A DNA stretch of 58,542 nt, the filler included, from Squatina squatina (Eukaryota): the NCBI GenBank assembly GCA_031763465.1. It is 3 parts of 3 records of this genome, joined end to end, with 100 filler letters (N's around TTAATTAATTAA, not from the genome) between each part and the next. Parts side by side here need not be neighbours in the genome. Positions count along the whole stretch, not along the records: positions 14,491 to 42,281 come from JARFOE010000072.1; 2 more parts are not named here. One strand, written 5' to 3'. Numbering within the stretch: the stretch's first letter is position 1; each line of letters opens with the position of its first letter. Positions 25,776 to 38,616 of this stretch are shown here, one piece after another. A model generated the notes under the pieces. The model ran no database searches. It was not told the origin of the DNA and was given only the letters and a program-made list of their open reading frames with translations. The position numbers and the translations under genes were made by a program.

Positions 25776-25898
25776 ATTTCATCAGCGATATCAAATGTTA
25801 AGTGATGAAGCATGGGGTTTGGATCAGATTGATCGAACCATGCTTCATCATCCCGACCGATTCACACACATCAAGATCTATGTTGGGGAAAAAAGCAG
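25776..25898 (+). CDS. Unassigned candidate coding exon (123 nt, phase 2-2) containing a hairpin
   Basis: tacag acceptor with a weak tract and CAG|gtgtgc donor. Open frame FHQRYQMLSDEAWGLDQIDRTMLHHPDRFTHIKIYVGEKS. Length is divisible by 3. Confidence 0.45.
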
Positions 25899-27147
25899 GT
25901 GTGCATTTGTGTTAGGAGCACTACTGACCATGACCGCAGAAAGCAGCATGGATAAAGCATAATAGGAAAATATTTCTATATTTTGAAATTATTTAAATGG
26001 AACCAGTTAGTTTTTTTCTTGAGTATACNNNNNNNNNNNNNNNNNNNNNNNNNNNNNNNNNNNNNNNNNNNNNNNNNNNNNNNNNNNNNNNNNNNNNNNN
26101 NNNNNNNNNNNNNNNNNNNNNNNNNNNNATAAAAGATCAGCCATGGTCATATTGAATGGCAGAGCAGGCCCGAGGACTACTCTTGCTCCTATTTTCTATG
26201 TTGCTATCAAATCTGCATCTGTAAAACTTGGCACTCCTGCCAAGTGGCAGATTACTGGCACTTAAAGCAAGGACAGATGGCTGTGCTTGACTATCTGCAC
26301 CCTGGTGTGCTACAGAAGTGACAATTTAAAATATGTTGAAAATAAATTGAGATCCTTTAACCTCTTAAATGCAGGACTCCCATGGGCTTTCTCAAGTGCT
26401 TAATGAAAGGATTTCAAAGATTTTTTCCACATGTGAGAAATTTGCACGCCTGAGGAATAATGTTAATAAATTGTATTGATTCAGAAGCATACAGTGCGGG
26501 TGGGTAGAAATTAAAAATGCTGAATTAAACACTTTACTGATCTGCTTCAAAGTGACATAGATCAAAGTTTACAGTGATTTTATAAAAGTGAAGTCTGCCT
26601 AATGTACGCTCATTAACAGCCTTTACTATGTTAATACTTGTTGGGCAATGTTGTCAAAGGAGTGCCTCCCTCCATTTTGATGTATTATATTTGTTCCAGC
26701 TATCAACTATTTGATATACAATAGCTCCATCTTCCAACTTCCAACTTGTAGCTGGACTGACTTGAGATCGGATTTACCTGGTTGCTTAATTGAAACATTG
26801 ATTCAGCACTTCCTAATGTTAATTATGACAGCTTTTTCAAAGAACCAGCACAGGCACAATGGGCTGAATTACTTCCTTCAGTGCTGAAAGTTTCTATGAT
26901 CTTCAAATTTTCATACTCAAATATATGTCTTTACATAATCTTCAAAACATGTATAACTAAATAACTCCTTGCTACTTTCTTTTGACATAGATTATTAATA
27001 CTCCTGTAATATAATATACCTAAGGTATAATATAATATACCTAAGGCGTAATGCAAAATCCCGTTACTACTTCAAAGTAATAATGGTCTGTAAATGATTA
27101 TATCTACACATTTTAACTGCTTTACAGTTCTCTGTAATTCTTTCTAG

Positions 27148-27214
27148 GCAATTAATCACACGTCTGGAACTTCTTACACCAAGAATTTTACTTGACGATG
27201 GACTGTGGTCCTAA
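27148..27214 (+). CDS. Candidate terminal coding exon, phase-compatible with 25776-25898
   Basis: Good acceptor (ttttaac...ttctctgtaattctttctag). Phase-2 reading gives (R)QLITRLELLTPRILLDDGLWS*. The phase-0 reading is also briefly open, so the frame is ambiguous. Confidence 0.25.
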
Positions 27215-27646
27215 ATTTCCTTCCCTATAGACCTCTGAGAAATGAAAAGATAAAGACCCAGATAAAGGAGTTCACCATTATTATGAAGTAAATTGGACAG
27301 CAGCTTCCGGAGTACACACATGTGCAGTTAAATGCGGAAATCTGGAAATTGCTGTTCGAGTTGCCCTCCACAGGCTGCACTTTAACTCCTGACATAGAAG
27401 GCCCAGCTGAGGAGGGGAGTGAGTTAGCAGAGGGGTCACTAGGNNNNNNNNNNNNNNNNNNNNNNNNNNNNNNNNNNNNNNNNNNNNNNNNNNNNNNNNN
27501 NNNNNNNNNNNNNNNNNNNNNNNNNNNNNNNNNNNNNNNNNNNGGTGCTCCCCTGGACCTCTGCGCTGCTCACTGCAGCCACTCTTTATCCCCACCGCCG
27601 TTCTGCTCCCTCTCCTCGCAGGTCTGCTCTGCCTCTCACTCCCCTG

Positions 27647-27921
27647 GGCATAGTGGTTATGTTACTGGACTAGTAATCCAGTGATCCTGGACCAATGAAC
27701 AAGGGATGTGAGTTCAAATCCCACCATGGGAGCTGGGAATTTAAATTCAGTTAGTTAAGTAAATCTGCAATTAAAAAGCTTGTATCAATAATGGTGACCA
27801 GAATGACCATGAAACTACTGAATGTCAGGAAAAACCCAACTGGTCTATATGTGACTCCAGACCACATCCACAGCAATGTGGTTGACTCTTAGCTGCCCTC
27901 TGAAATGGACTAGCAAGCCAA
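27647..27921 (+). mobile_element. Second tRNA-headed SINE family, 5' part
   Basis: A-box ggcatagtgg and B-box gagttcaaatccc. Body cacagcaatgtggttgactctt..ctgccctctgaaatgg is shared with 40716-41087. Confidence 0.75.
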
Positions 27922-29841
27922 TTACTAGAAATCAATTACAAATGAAAATCTCAGTATCCAGTGACGATAATTAACTGTAATGAAATTGAAAATGACAATT
28001 TACAGCATGTCATTACTTCAGGAAGCACTTCAAACCTACTGTGAAATTAACTTTTTATGAAAAAAATGGACTATTGAACAACCAATGAAATTATTTTTTT
28101 ACTCAAAACTGACTATTGTAACTCATGGATGTCAGAAGGATGCTTGTGAAAGACTGCTGGAGTGAGTTCAGACATTCAGAATAGTTTTCATTTTTTTTTG
28201 TTGCATTTTAACTGTCATTTTATTTAAGTGGTATACTGACCCACACTGCTAAATGTGCCCCAGCATACAGAGGTTACAGATCCGACAGATTTTGAATTTA
28301 TGAAAATGTCCAATACATCATTAGAAAAGAAATATTACAAATTTCAACATAAAAAGCTATATCAACAAGAAACCATAGCGGCTTAAAAGCAGACACCATT
28401 GTTGAGTAAAATTAGAATAGGTAACCTCTTTATGAAATAGTGCAAAACCATTTTGGAGTCATCTCTCACAGACCTATAATACATTGCTATCCTAATGAGA
28501 AAGGCAAAATGAATGGCATTCCTCGCTGCCTCAGCAATGTGTGCTATTTTATCAGATATGTCAGACCTCACACGTTTGCATTAGTGGATGATGGTTTTTG
28601 CTCTAATGAGCATTTTTTGTCTAACAATAGGGTACCATCATTTAATTAAAAAAGATAAATAAAAGTCAGCGAATATATTGCCAAATAAAAAGCTATTTTA
28701 CTTTAATTATTTTGTGTCATTATTTTATGAAAGCTTGGCTCAGCTGGCAAAATGGAACGGTAGATCAGTCTGGGAGATGATTAATAATGCTGTTCATTGC
28801 AGGCTAAAAGTATTTTCCATTACCGCAAGCCAAAAACTGTATATAATTTCAAATAGANNNNNNNNNNNNNNNNNNNNNNNNNNNNNNNNNNNNNNNNNNN
28901 NNNNNNNNNNNNNNNNNNNNNNNNNNNNNNNNNNNNNNNNNNNNNNNNNNNNNNNNNGGTTACCTTGCCAGCTACTGAAAGAGCCATCTGTTCTGGAATG
29001 TTCTGTGATGCCATAATGCTTTACTACCAGGATATAATGATACTTACCACAGACATACTATGCTGTACATGGCATACAGACCCTTCCATCTCAGGGAAAT
29101 CTAATCAAAGAAGGTTCTTGCAGTTGATGAACTCAACTAGGTGTACAGCAGTGTATTTTCTTGTGACAGTCTCCTTTGGTACCAATTCTGGCTCCAACAG
29201 TATATACCAGCTCAGCCTAGATGTTCTGTTTCAACAAATAGTGCTGATAACGAAAGATGAACAGATGTAGCTGCTTTACCTATATGGCTAAGTAAGCATA
29301 ACACATTCAAATCCAAGCACAACATACTATTCATAATCTGATCTGTCGAATCTTGCATACCTATTCATTCACACCATTTTAAACAAAGGACATGAATCAC
29401 TGTGGCTGTATAAATGTCTTGCCTGTATAATCCCTTGATCTCCATATCAAGAGAGCAAGCCTTTTTTTGACTGTCCATTCTTTCTTTACAGATATGAATT
29501 TGAGCTTTCTGTGGGGTCTGCACTATTTGCAGCCCATTTGCACGTTATTTTCAACTGTCATTCTGTAATTAAATCATGTTGTGATGGCAACAGGAGTCTT
29601 ATACAACAAAGAGCTTGTCATAAATAGCTTCAGAGTTCATATCTGTTCATTGATTCTTCATTTACCAATTACTGTTGTGCTCACTTTGACTTTTTGCAAG
29701 TTATTGAGTTTCACCTTGACCTTGTCCATGGGCCAGAGGGCTGGAGACACAGAATTCACACTGGCAGCAATGTCCTGCCAGGCATGCAGCGAATGCCTGT
29801 TTCATGTGGGAGCCTATTTATAATGATATATTACATTATAC

Positions 29842-29998
29842 ATCAACGTCCTCTCTCAGGCCAACATCCCCAGCATCGAGGCACTGGTCACACTCAACCA
29901 GCTGTGTTGGGCAGGTGACATCATCCGCATGCCTGATTCAAGACTCCCGAAACAAATACTATATTCCGAGCTCCGTCACGGCAAGCACCTTATGGGAG
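29842..29998 (+). mobile_element. RTE-clade (BovB-like) LINE C-terminal fragment
   Basis: NVLSQANIPSIEALVTLNQLCWAGDIIRMPDSRLPKQILYSELRHGK matches the RTE motif QLRWAGHV.RM...RLPK.ILY.EL..GKR. Truncated by a gap. Confidence 0.85.
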
Positions 29999-30098
29999 NN
30001 NNNNNNNNNNNNNNNNNNNNNNNNNNNNNNNNNNNNNNNNNNNNNNNNNNNNNNNNNNNNNNNNNNNNNNNNNNNNNNNNNNNNNNNNNNNNNNNNNN

Positions 30099-30145
<47 letters not shown>
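30099..30145. repeat. (TA)n microsatellite
   Basis: TA run with one interruption, adjacent to a gap. Confidence 0.95.
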
Positions 30146-31039
30146 ATTTAAGGTTGTTAAAGGAGTGAAATGGCCTACCGCTGGTGCTGGGCCATGACAT
30201 CCCACTGATGTTGAACAAATGGAGACAAGTAATTAAAACTAAATATTTATTGCTCATTTAAGAAACCCTTCAATAGAAGAACAAAAGCCCAATTAAATAA
30301 TTATGTCCATTGCTGCAGAGGATTTGAAGCATTAAAAGCCTCCCACGTACTGACATTTACACAGTGATGTCAACTAACTGGCTAAATTCGAAAGGCTTGG
30401 TTCCGCTCACTTAAGGTCACTAAACTCAATGGAAGCAGGCAATTTGAAAATTATTTGCCTCCCATCTCTACTGGGGTAGGAAGATAGGAATTGCTGGATG
30501 AAGCAAGACCAGGGTCCACATAGATTGCCTTCTACCGCCCCTGCAATAGCATGATACAACGACCAAGAGTGTTGACTAATCATAGCAATCAATCTCATTC
30601 AATTAGTTGACANNNNNNNNNNAGTCACCTGTTCCTCCCAAGCATGCCGCACTTGCCACATGCCAAGCTACAAATTATATATATACTGTATCCCCAAATA
30701 TTATTTCCTGAAAGAAATCTATCTAATTTGCATTTAAATGAATCAATTATCATCTACATCCATCATCTCCCTAAGGAACCTGTTCCATAAGTTTATCACT
30801 ACCAATCGTGAAATAACGATTTCCTGATACTTACAGGGAACAGGGTCGGGTGGGGGGAAGGCGAACACAGCTGGGGAACGGGTCAAAGGCGGGGCTCAGA
30901 ATTCCTGCTGAGTTTAATGGCAGGACCTCATCATTTTACNNNNNNNNNNNNNNNNNNNNNNNNNNNNNNNNNNNNNNNNNNNNNNNNNNNNNNNNNNNNN
31001 NNNNNNNNNNNNNNNNNNNNNNNNNNNNNNNNNNNNNNN

Positions 31040-31397
31040 TTAGATTTAGGACCCTAGTTTCGGATTGAACCACATCACTTTCTATCTTAATGAAGAATTC
31101 TATCATGTTATGGTCACTTCTCCCTAAAGGGTCCTTCACAACAAGATTATTAATTAGCCCCTTCTCATTGCACAAAACCAAATTCAGGATAGCCTGTTCC
31201 CTAGTTGGTTCCTCAAAGTACTGGTCCAAGAAACCATCTTGTACACACTCCAGGAATTCATCCTCCACAGTATTATTACTAATTTGGTTTGCCTAATCTA
31301 TATGTAGATTAACATCACCTATGATTACTGTTGTACCCTTATTACATGCATCTCTAATTTCCTGTTTAATGCCATCTCCTACATTACCACTACTTTT
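31040..31397 (-). mobile_element. CR1 LINE endonuclease-region fragment
   Basis: EDEFLECVQDGFLDQYFEEPTREQAILNLVLCNEKGLINNLVVKDPLGRSDHNMIEF, including the SDH motif of the APE-type endonuclease. Confidence 0.92.
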
Positions 31398-32688
31398 CTG
31401 GTGGGGCAATAATTTGGGACAGCAATATCATAGAATGGTGGAATACACGTTTAGCCATCTCTTCTTCCATTCTCCACAGGGAAAGTTACCAAACTCAGGT
31501 ACCAGAGGGAAGTCAGGCACTTGCCCTGAATCAGTAAAGGAAACTCAGAAGACAAGTCAACCCAACCAGGTCTTGGAGATCCTCCAGGTGCCAATTCAGT
31601 GCTGTAGAAACCTATAAATAGGTCACCTCCTGTGGCCAATGCACCATTTATGAAAATAGTCAAGGAATGGTTAACATTTCCAATTGAGTTCAGAGTGAAT
31701 TCGGGACAACATTTTGCTTTTGTGTATTGGAATGCTTTAAAGAGAGATGGAACTAGAGTGAATCAGGTTGACGGATATTTAAGAAAAATAATTCAAGGAC
31801 AGTTGAGGCCTTTGAGAAGTCATGAAGAATAACGCTGCAGTGATAGCATTCATTGGTGGTAGTCACCAAGTAGGATAATAGATCAGGAAACCAAAGCTAT
31901 TTCCATTTGAATACTATTTTCTAAAGTGGCATTCCTCTACTAAATTTTCTCCTGTAACTGCTGTGAAATGGACTAAAGCCACATCAAATCAGGAATGAAA
32001 TGTGTTCTCAGGGACAAACTACAAACTCCTCATAGGAATACACTATAATAAATAAATATTTTTGTATCCAGAATCTGACAAATATCTACCTTTTGCTGCT
32101 TCTTGAGGCTGTATTGATACGTAAATTGTTTTTATTTTCCTGATCTATGAACTTAAATGTTTTTCCATAAAACTAGCTTATTTCACTTCATTAATGCAGC
32201 AATAAAGTGCAGATCAAAATGATACGATGAACTCAAGCATGCAAATTAAAAAAAATATAATCTTGGTTGTACTCACGAAAATCCTTCAGGCTCACGAGTT
32301 ATATAAGCAATAATGTGGAGGTTTATTTTTCAGTAAATTGCTTTCTCCCCATAATGTATTCTGCGGGAAAGTGCATGAACAGACAACACATACGCAGAGT
32401 ATATTTCACAATTCTCAAAGAATAATTGGGGGATCTGTCACTTCAATGAGCAAGACAACCTCCTTGTCGATATTCCACATGTTCTATGTAAAACCAGTGA
32501 GGTTCTCTTACTTATGAGCTTCGGCGCAAAGCTATTTAATTTTTTGAAAACATATTTTCATTTATACAGTGTCTCTTAAAACAGCAGGAAGCCCCAAAAG
32601 GTTTCACAGGCAATTCTGGACGTTTGAAGTGTGGTCACTGTTGGCATGGAAACCTCACAATGTGATACACAGGGTAATGAACAAGTTA

Positions 32689-35543
32689 CAGTGAGAGAGA
32701 GAGGGAGTGATGGACACTGTCAGTGAGATAGAGAGAGAGAGTGATGGACACTGTCAGTGAGATAGAGAGAGAGTGATGGACACTGTCAGTGAGATAGAGA
32801 GAGAGAGTGATGGACACTGTCAGCGAGATAGGCAAAGAGTGATGGACACTGTCAGTAAGATAGAGAGAGGGTGATGGACACTGTCAGTGAGATAGAGAGA
32901 GGGTGAAGGACACTGTCAGTTAGATAGCGAAAGGGTGACGGACACTTTAAGTGAGATAGAGAGAGGGTGATGGACACTGTCAGTGAGATAGAGAGAGAGT
33001 GATGGACACTGTGAGTGAGATAGAGAGAGAGTGACGGACACTGTCAGTGATCGAGAGAGGGTGATGGACACTGTCAGTGAGATAGGGGGAGTGTGATGGA
33101 CACTGTCAGTGATCGAGAGAGGGTGATGGACACTGTCAGTGAGATAGAGAGAGGGTGATGCACATTGTCAGTGAGATAGAGAGCGCATGATGGACACTGT
33201 CAATGAGATACAGAGAGAGTGATGGACAATGTCAGTGAGATAGAGAAAGAGGGTGATGGACACTGTCACTGAGATAGAGACAGAGTGATGGACAATGTCA
33301 GTGAGAGAGAGAGAGAGTGATGGACACTGTCAGTGAGATAGAAAGAGGATGATCGACACTGTTATTGAGATAAATAGAGAGTGATGGACACTGTCAGTGA
33401 GATAGAGAGAGAGTGATGGACACTGTCAGTGAGATAGAGAGAGAGTGATGGACACTGTCAGTGAGACAGAGAGAGAATGATGGACACTGTCAGTGAGAGA
33501 TAGCGGGAGTGATGGACACTGTCAGTGAGATAGAGAGAGAGATGCATGGACACTGTCAGTGAGATAGAGAGAGAGTGATGCACACTGTCAGTGAGATAGA
33601 GAGAGGATGATGGAGAATGTCGGTGAGATAGAGAGAGAGTGATGGACACTATCCGTGATAGTGGGAGGGTGAACGACACTGTCGGTGAGATAGAGAGTGA
33701 TGGAAACTGTCAATGAGATAGAGAGAGGGTGATCAACACTGTCAGTGAGATAGAGAGAGGGTGCTGGACACTGTCAGTGATAGACAGAGAGAGGGTGACA
33801 GACACTGTCAGTGACAGAGAGAGAGAGTGAGGGACACTGACAGTGAGATCGAGCGCGGGTGATGGACACTGTCAGTGAGAGAGAGAGAGATTGATGGACA
33901 CTGTCAGTGAGATAGAGAGAGAGTGATGGACACTGTCAGTGAGATAAAGAGAGGGTGTTGGACACTGTCAGTGAGATAGAGAGAGAGTGTTGGACACTGT
34001 CAGTGAGATAGAGAAAGAGGGTGATGGAAACTGTCAGTGAGATATAGAGAGCGCGATGGACACTGTCAGTGAGATAGAGAGAGAGTGTTGGACACTGTCA
34101 GTGAGATAGAAAGAGTGTTATCGACACTGTTACTGAGATAGAGAGAGTGTGAGGGACACTGTCAGTGAGATAGAGAGAGGGTGAGGAACACTGTCAGTGA
34201 GATCGTGGGAGGATGATATACACTGTCAGTGAGATACAGAGAGAGTAATGGACACTGTCAGTGAGATACAGAGAGGGTGATGGTCACTGTGAGTGGGATA
34301 GAGAGAGAGTGATGGACACTGTCAGTGAGACAAAGAGAGAATGATGGACACTGTCAGTGAGATACAAAGAGGGTGATGGACACTGTGAGTGAGATAGAGA
34401 GAGAGTGATGGACACTGTCTGGGAGATAGAGAGAGGGTGATGGACACTGTCTGGGAGATAGAGAGAGGGTGATGGACACTGTCAGTGAGATAGGGAGAGA
34501 GTGATGGACACTGTGAGTGAGATAGAGAGAGAGTGACGGACACTGTCAGTGATCGAGAGAGGGTGATGGACNNNNNNNNNNNNNNNNNNNNNNNNNNNNN
34601 NNNNNNNNNNNNNNNNNNNNNNNNNNNNNNNNNNNNNNNNNNNNNNNNNNNNNNNNNNNNNNNNNNNNNNNACTGTCAGTGAGATAGAGAGAGAGTGATG
34701 GACACTGTCAGTGAGATAGAGAGAGAGTGATGGACACTGTCAGTGAGATAGAGACAGGGTGATGGACACTGTCAGTGAGATAGAGAAAGAGTGATGGACA
34801 CTGTCAGTGAGATCGAGAGAGGGAGATGGACACTGTCAGTGAGATAGAGAGAGAGTGATGGATACTGTCAGTGAGATAGTGAGAGGGTCATGGACACTGT
34901 CAGTGAGATAGAGAGATAGGGTGATGGACACTGTCAGTGAGATGGAGAGAGTGTGCTGGACACTGTCAGTGAGATAGAGAGAGATTGATGGACACTGTCA
35001 GTGATGGAGAGAGAGGTTGATGGACACTGTCAGTGAGATAGAGACAGAGTGATGGACACTGTCAGTGAGATTGAGAGATAGGGTCATGGACCCTCTCAGT
35101 GAGATAGAGCGAGAGTGATGGACACTGTCAGTGAGATAGAGAGATCGGGTGATGGACCCTCTCAGTGAGATAGACAGAGAGTGATGGACACTGTCAGTGA
35201 TAGAGAGAGAGAGTGAGGGACACTGTCATTGAGATAGAGAGAGGGTGAGGGACACTTTCAGTGAGATAGTGAGAATGTGAGGGACTCTTTCAGTGATAGA
35301 GAGAGAGTGTGATGGACACTGTCAGTGAGATCGCCAGAGTGTGATGGACACTGTCAGTGATAGTGAGAGGGTGATGGACACTGTCAGTGAGCTGGAGAGA
35401 GAGTGATGGACACTGTCATTGAGATAGAGAGAGGTTGAGGGACACTGTCAGTGAGATAGAGAGAGTGTGATGGACACTGTCAGTGAGATAGAGAGAGGGT
35501 GATGGACACTGTCAGTGAGATAGAGAGAGGGTGATGGACACTG
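32689..35543. repeat. Minisatellite with a ~30-34 bp unit, GTGATGGACACTGTCAGTGAGATAGAGAGAGA
   Basis: Roughly 85 head-to-tail units are directly visible. A 100-N gap interrupts it at 34572-34671 and another gap ends it, so the true length is unknown. Confidence 0.98.
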
Positions 35544-36884
35544 NNNNNNNNNNNNNNNNNNNNNNNNNNNNNNNNNNNNNNNNNNNNNNNNNNNNNNNNN
35601 NNNNNNNNNNNNNNNNNNNNNNNNNNNNNNNNNNNNNNNNNNNAGTAGCCTTTGGCTTTCAAATAAAAAAGGCCATCCTCCTCAGCTGCAACTCCTGCAG
35701 CAGGACCTTCAACAACTAATCTGAAAAGACATTTTCTAACCTAACAGCAATGAAACACCTTTAATTTATAAAAGTAGTCCATTTTCCTTTACTGGTGAGC
35801 AGTAACCCTTTAAGAGCGGCTGCCACTCCTGATTTTGTGCTTTGCAACATAGGCCCACTTCTGAGCATGGAAAATGTGCAAAGAGAGCGCATGGAAATTA
35901 AGGGGAAGGACTCAGCTCCAAAAATTTGATGAAGCCAGTCTTTCTTGCTGCTGGCATAGGTAGGTTAATGCTTTGGATGAGTGCAGCCTTGATTTTGCCA
36001 GTCTCACAAAACTGGGGCCTATGTTAATTGAAAGAGCAGCTTTCTTTTCACCAAATAGGGAAGAAAGCAAGCAAATAACCAAAAACAGGACGAGCTCCTT
36101 CAATGGCTTGCTTGGCCAGGTGCAACTGAGACACACAGATTAGAAAGCCTCAACTTCAATTCCTGCCGTTTGCCAAGTTTACTGATTTCAGCTGGGCCAG
36201 CAGTAGAGATGCTACAATTCACCTCAAGAACCATTAGGGAAAGTGTAAGTGTGGAGGTGGATCTCATGTGAGGACAGGAGAAGCTCTGTTGTGATGCCCT
36301 TATAATTGAAAGGCCTTTTAACCACTCAACTGTCTTGGCTCAGACATGAAGAATGGCTACTTGGGCAAGATACCAGAGGGCAACCAACACCCATGGAAGC
36401 TTATCCCCGAGTGCCTTCAGAAGAGAACGGGATAAAACTGGAGAGAAAAAAATAAAACAGCTGACTACAACTACAATGGGAAACTGAAGCCGAGTTTTCT
36501 GATCTGTGTTATTTTAACACCGATGCTAACCCACTTTTTTATATAACAAACAGCAAAAACAGCAGTCTACCAGTTCATCATGTTGTCATTTTGTTCCATC
36601 TTCACTTCTTTCTTTTCTCCTATTGAAGATGTAGGGCAAGTAATTTGACATGAGGGAACGTTCTATGATAAGTAGCAAAATTTCTATATTTACCATGTTG
36701 TATAATTTGTTGACGGAGAACTGTAATCTTGCATACGAATTCCCCAAAATAGTGAAAATGCTGGGCTCTGATTGATCACTTGCCCTACCTATGAAACATT
36801 CATCCATTGTAGACAGAGGTTCCCAGTTTCTAATAGTTTGAAAACATCTGGAGGAGGATTATTTCTGTTTCCCTTCCTCCTTTT

Positions 36885-37195
36885 TTTCACGATGGTGGGG
36901 AAGTCCAGGACCAGAGGTCACAGCCTAAGGATACCGGGTAAGCCATTTAGGGCTGAGATGAGGAGAAATTTCTTCACCCAGAGAGAAATGAACCTGTGGA
37001 ATTCTCTACCACAAAAGGCAGTTGAGGCCAAATCATTAAATATATTCAAGAAGGAGTTAGGTATAGTTCTTATTGCTAAAGGGATCAAGGGGTATGGGGA
37101 GAAAGCAGGGACAGGGTACAGATTAAATGGCGAAGCAGGTTCGAAGGGCCGAATGGCCTGCTCCTGATCCTATTTTCTTTGTTTCTATGTTCCTA
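36885..37195 (+). mobile_element. CR1 LINE 3' end
   Basis: SRTRGHSLRI..KPFRAEMRRNFFTQREMNLWNSLPQKAVEAKSLNIFKKEL...GIKGYGEKAG, followed by the gaagggccgaatggcct...tttctatg tail. Confidence 0.93.
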
Positions 37196-38088
37196 TCTTT
37201 GTGTCATCGGCAAATTTGGATATATGACTTTCTGTGCCATCATCTAAGTTGTTAATAAATACTGTAAATAGTTGAGGCCCCAACACAGATCCCAGCGGGA
37301 CACCACTGATCACATCCTGCCAGTTTGAGTACGTACCCATTATCCATAGTACCTGTCTCCTGCCACTCAGCCAATTTCCTAATCAGGTCAATAATTTGCC
37401 TTCTACCTTAGTTAAAAGTCTCTTATGTGGAACTTTATCAAATGTCTTCTTTATGTCCAGATAAATAGCATCCATGGACATTCCCCTGTCCACTACTTTA
37501 GTTACCTCCTCAAAAAATGCAATCAAGTTTGTCAAGCATGACCTACCTTTCACAAATCCATGCTGGCTTTCCCTGATCAACCTAAAATTTTCAAGGTGTT
37601 CCGTCACTCTATCCTTAATTATAGACTCTAGAAATTTCCTGACAACAGATGTTCGGCTAATTAGTTTATAATCCCTGGTTTCCCTCTCTCGCCATCCTTA
37701 AATAGCTGAATAAAGAGAACTTTAGAAGATTATAGTTAGGGCATCCATAATTTGGATATGTGGCTTTCTATCCCATCAGCTAAGTTGTTAATAAATACAG
37801 CGAATAATTGAGGTGCCAACACAGATCCCTGCGGGACATCAGGTTGTCAGGCATGACCTACATTTTACAAATCCGTGCTAGCTTTCACAGATCAGCTGGA
37901 AATTTTCAAGGTGTTCAGTCACCCTATCCTGAATTATAAACTCTAGTAATTTCCTGACAACAGATGTTAGGCTAACTAGTCTATAATTCCCTGGCTTTCC
38001 TCTCTCACCATTCTTAAGTAGCGGAGTGACGTGCAATTTTCCAATCTAAAGGAATGGTTCCTGAATCAAGAGATCTTTGGAAGATTAC
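37196..38088 (-). mobile_element. Two tandem CR1 RT fragments (~37196-37705 and ~37748-38088)
   Basis: LIRESQHGFVKGRSCLTNLIAFFEEVTKVVDRGMSMDAIYLDIKKTFDKVPHKRLL in the first copy. The second copy repeats the same segment with an internal deletion. Confidence 0.9.
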
Positions 38089-38616
38089 ACACCGTGCCAT
38101 CCCCTTCTCACTTTTATGAAAAACTGTTTACATTTCTATAGATAAATTGAAAACATGAAATTGGTTATACAGTTGAAAATATGAAATTTGGAAATCTCTG
38201 TTTTAGTATATTAAAGTGGGTGAGGTAGTTTTGCTTTGATAGCAACTCACTCTACTACAACAACCCACAGGATTCAATAGAAACATATAAATCACATTTA
38301 ATTTTCATCTCTTGTTAAATATTTGAAGTGAAACTCAATCCACAATCTCAAAATTTGCAATGTACTATAATTCATTTTCACTTCCAACTCTGAAGATTAA
38401 ACTTCAAGATGTCCAGGAATCTTGGAATCTTGTCCAGAAGTTCATGTAGCTGTCACATGCTCAGGACAAGATCATTCCACAAAACCCATGAAGGCTGATT
38501 TTAGTGGCCTTTAGATCCTTTGAAACAATGTCAACAGTGCACATTCACTTGTCCTCCCGATGAGATCAGAGCTCACAGCCATCAGAAACTATACAACATT
38601 ATATAGGAAAACATAA

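Noticed and set aside
31397-31832. Possible LTR-element integrase remnant (FPIEFRVNSGQHFA)
   Set aside because: Only a vague resemblance to the SDNG motif. The catalytic residues and the HHCC motif are not recoverable.
32294-32360. Minus-strand exon-like NTLWGESNLLKNKPPHYCLYNS
   Set aside because: An in-frame stop precedes the stronger donor, the peptide is unrecognised and it is too short to support.
32689-35543. Minisatellite as a CRISPR array, and its minus-strand ORFs (33458-33679, 34322-34543)
   Set aside because: Units are contiguous with no unique spacers, there are no cas genes and the context is vertebrate. The ORFs are translations of the repeat.
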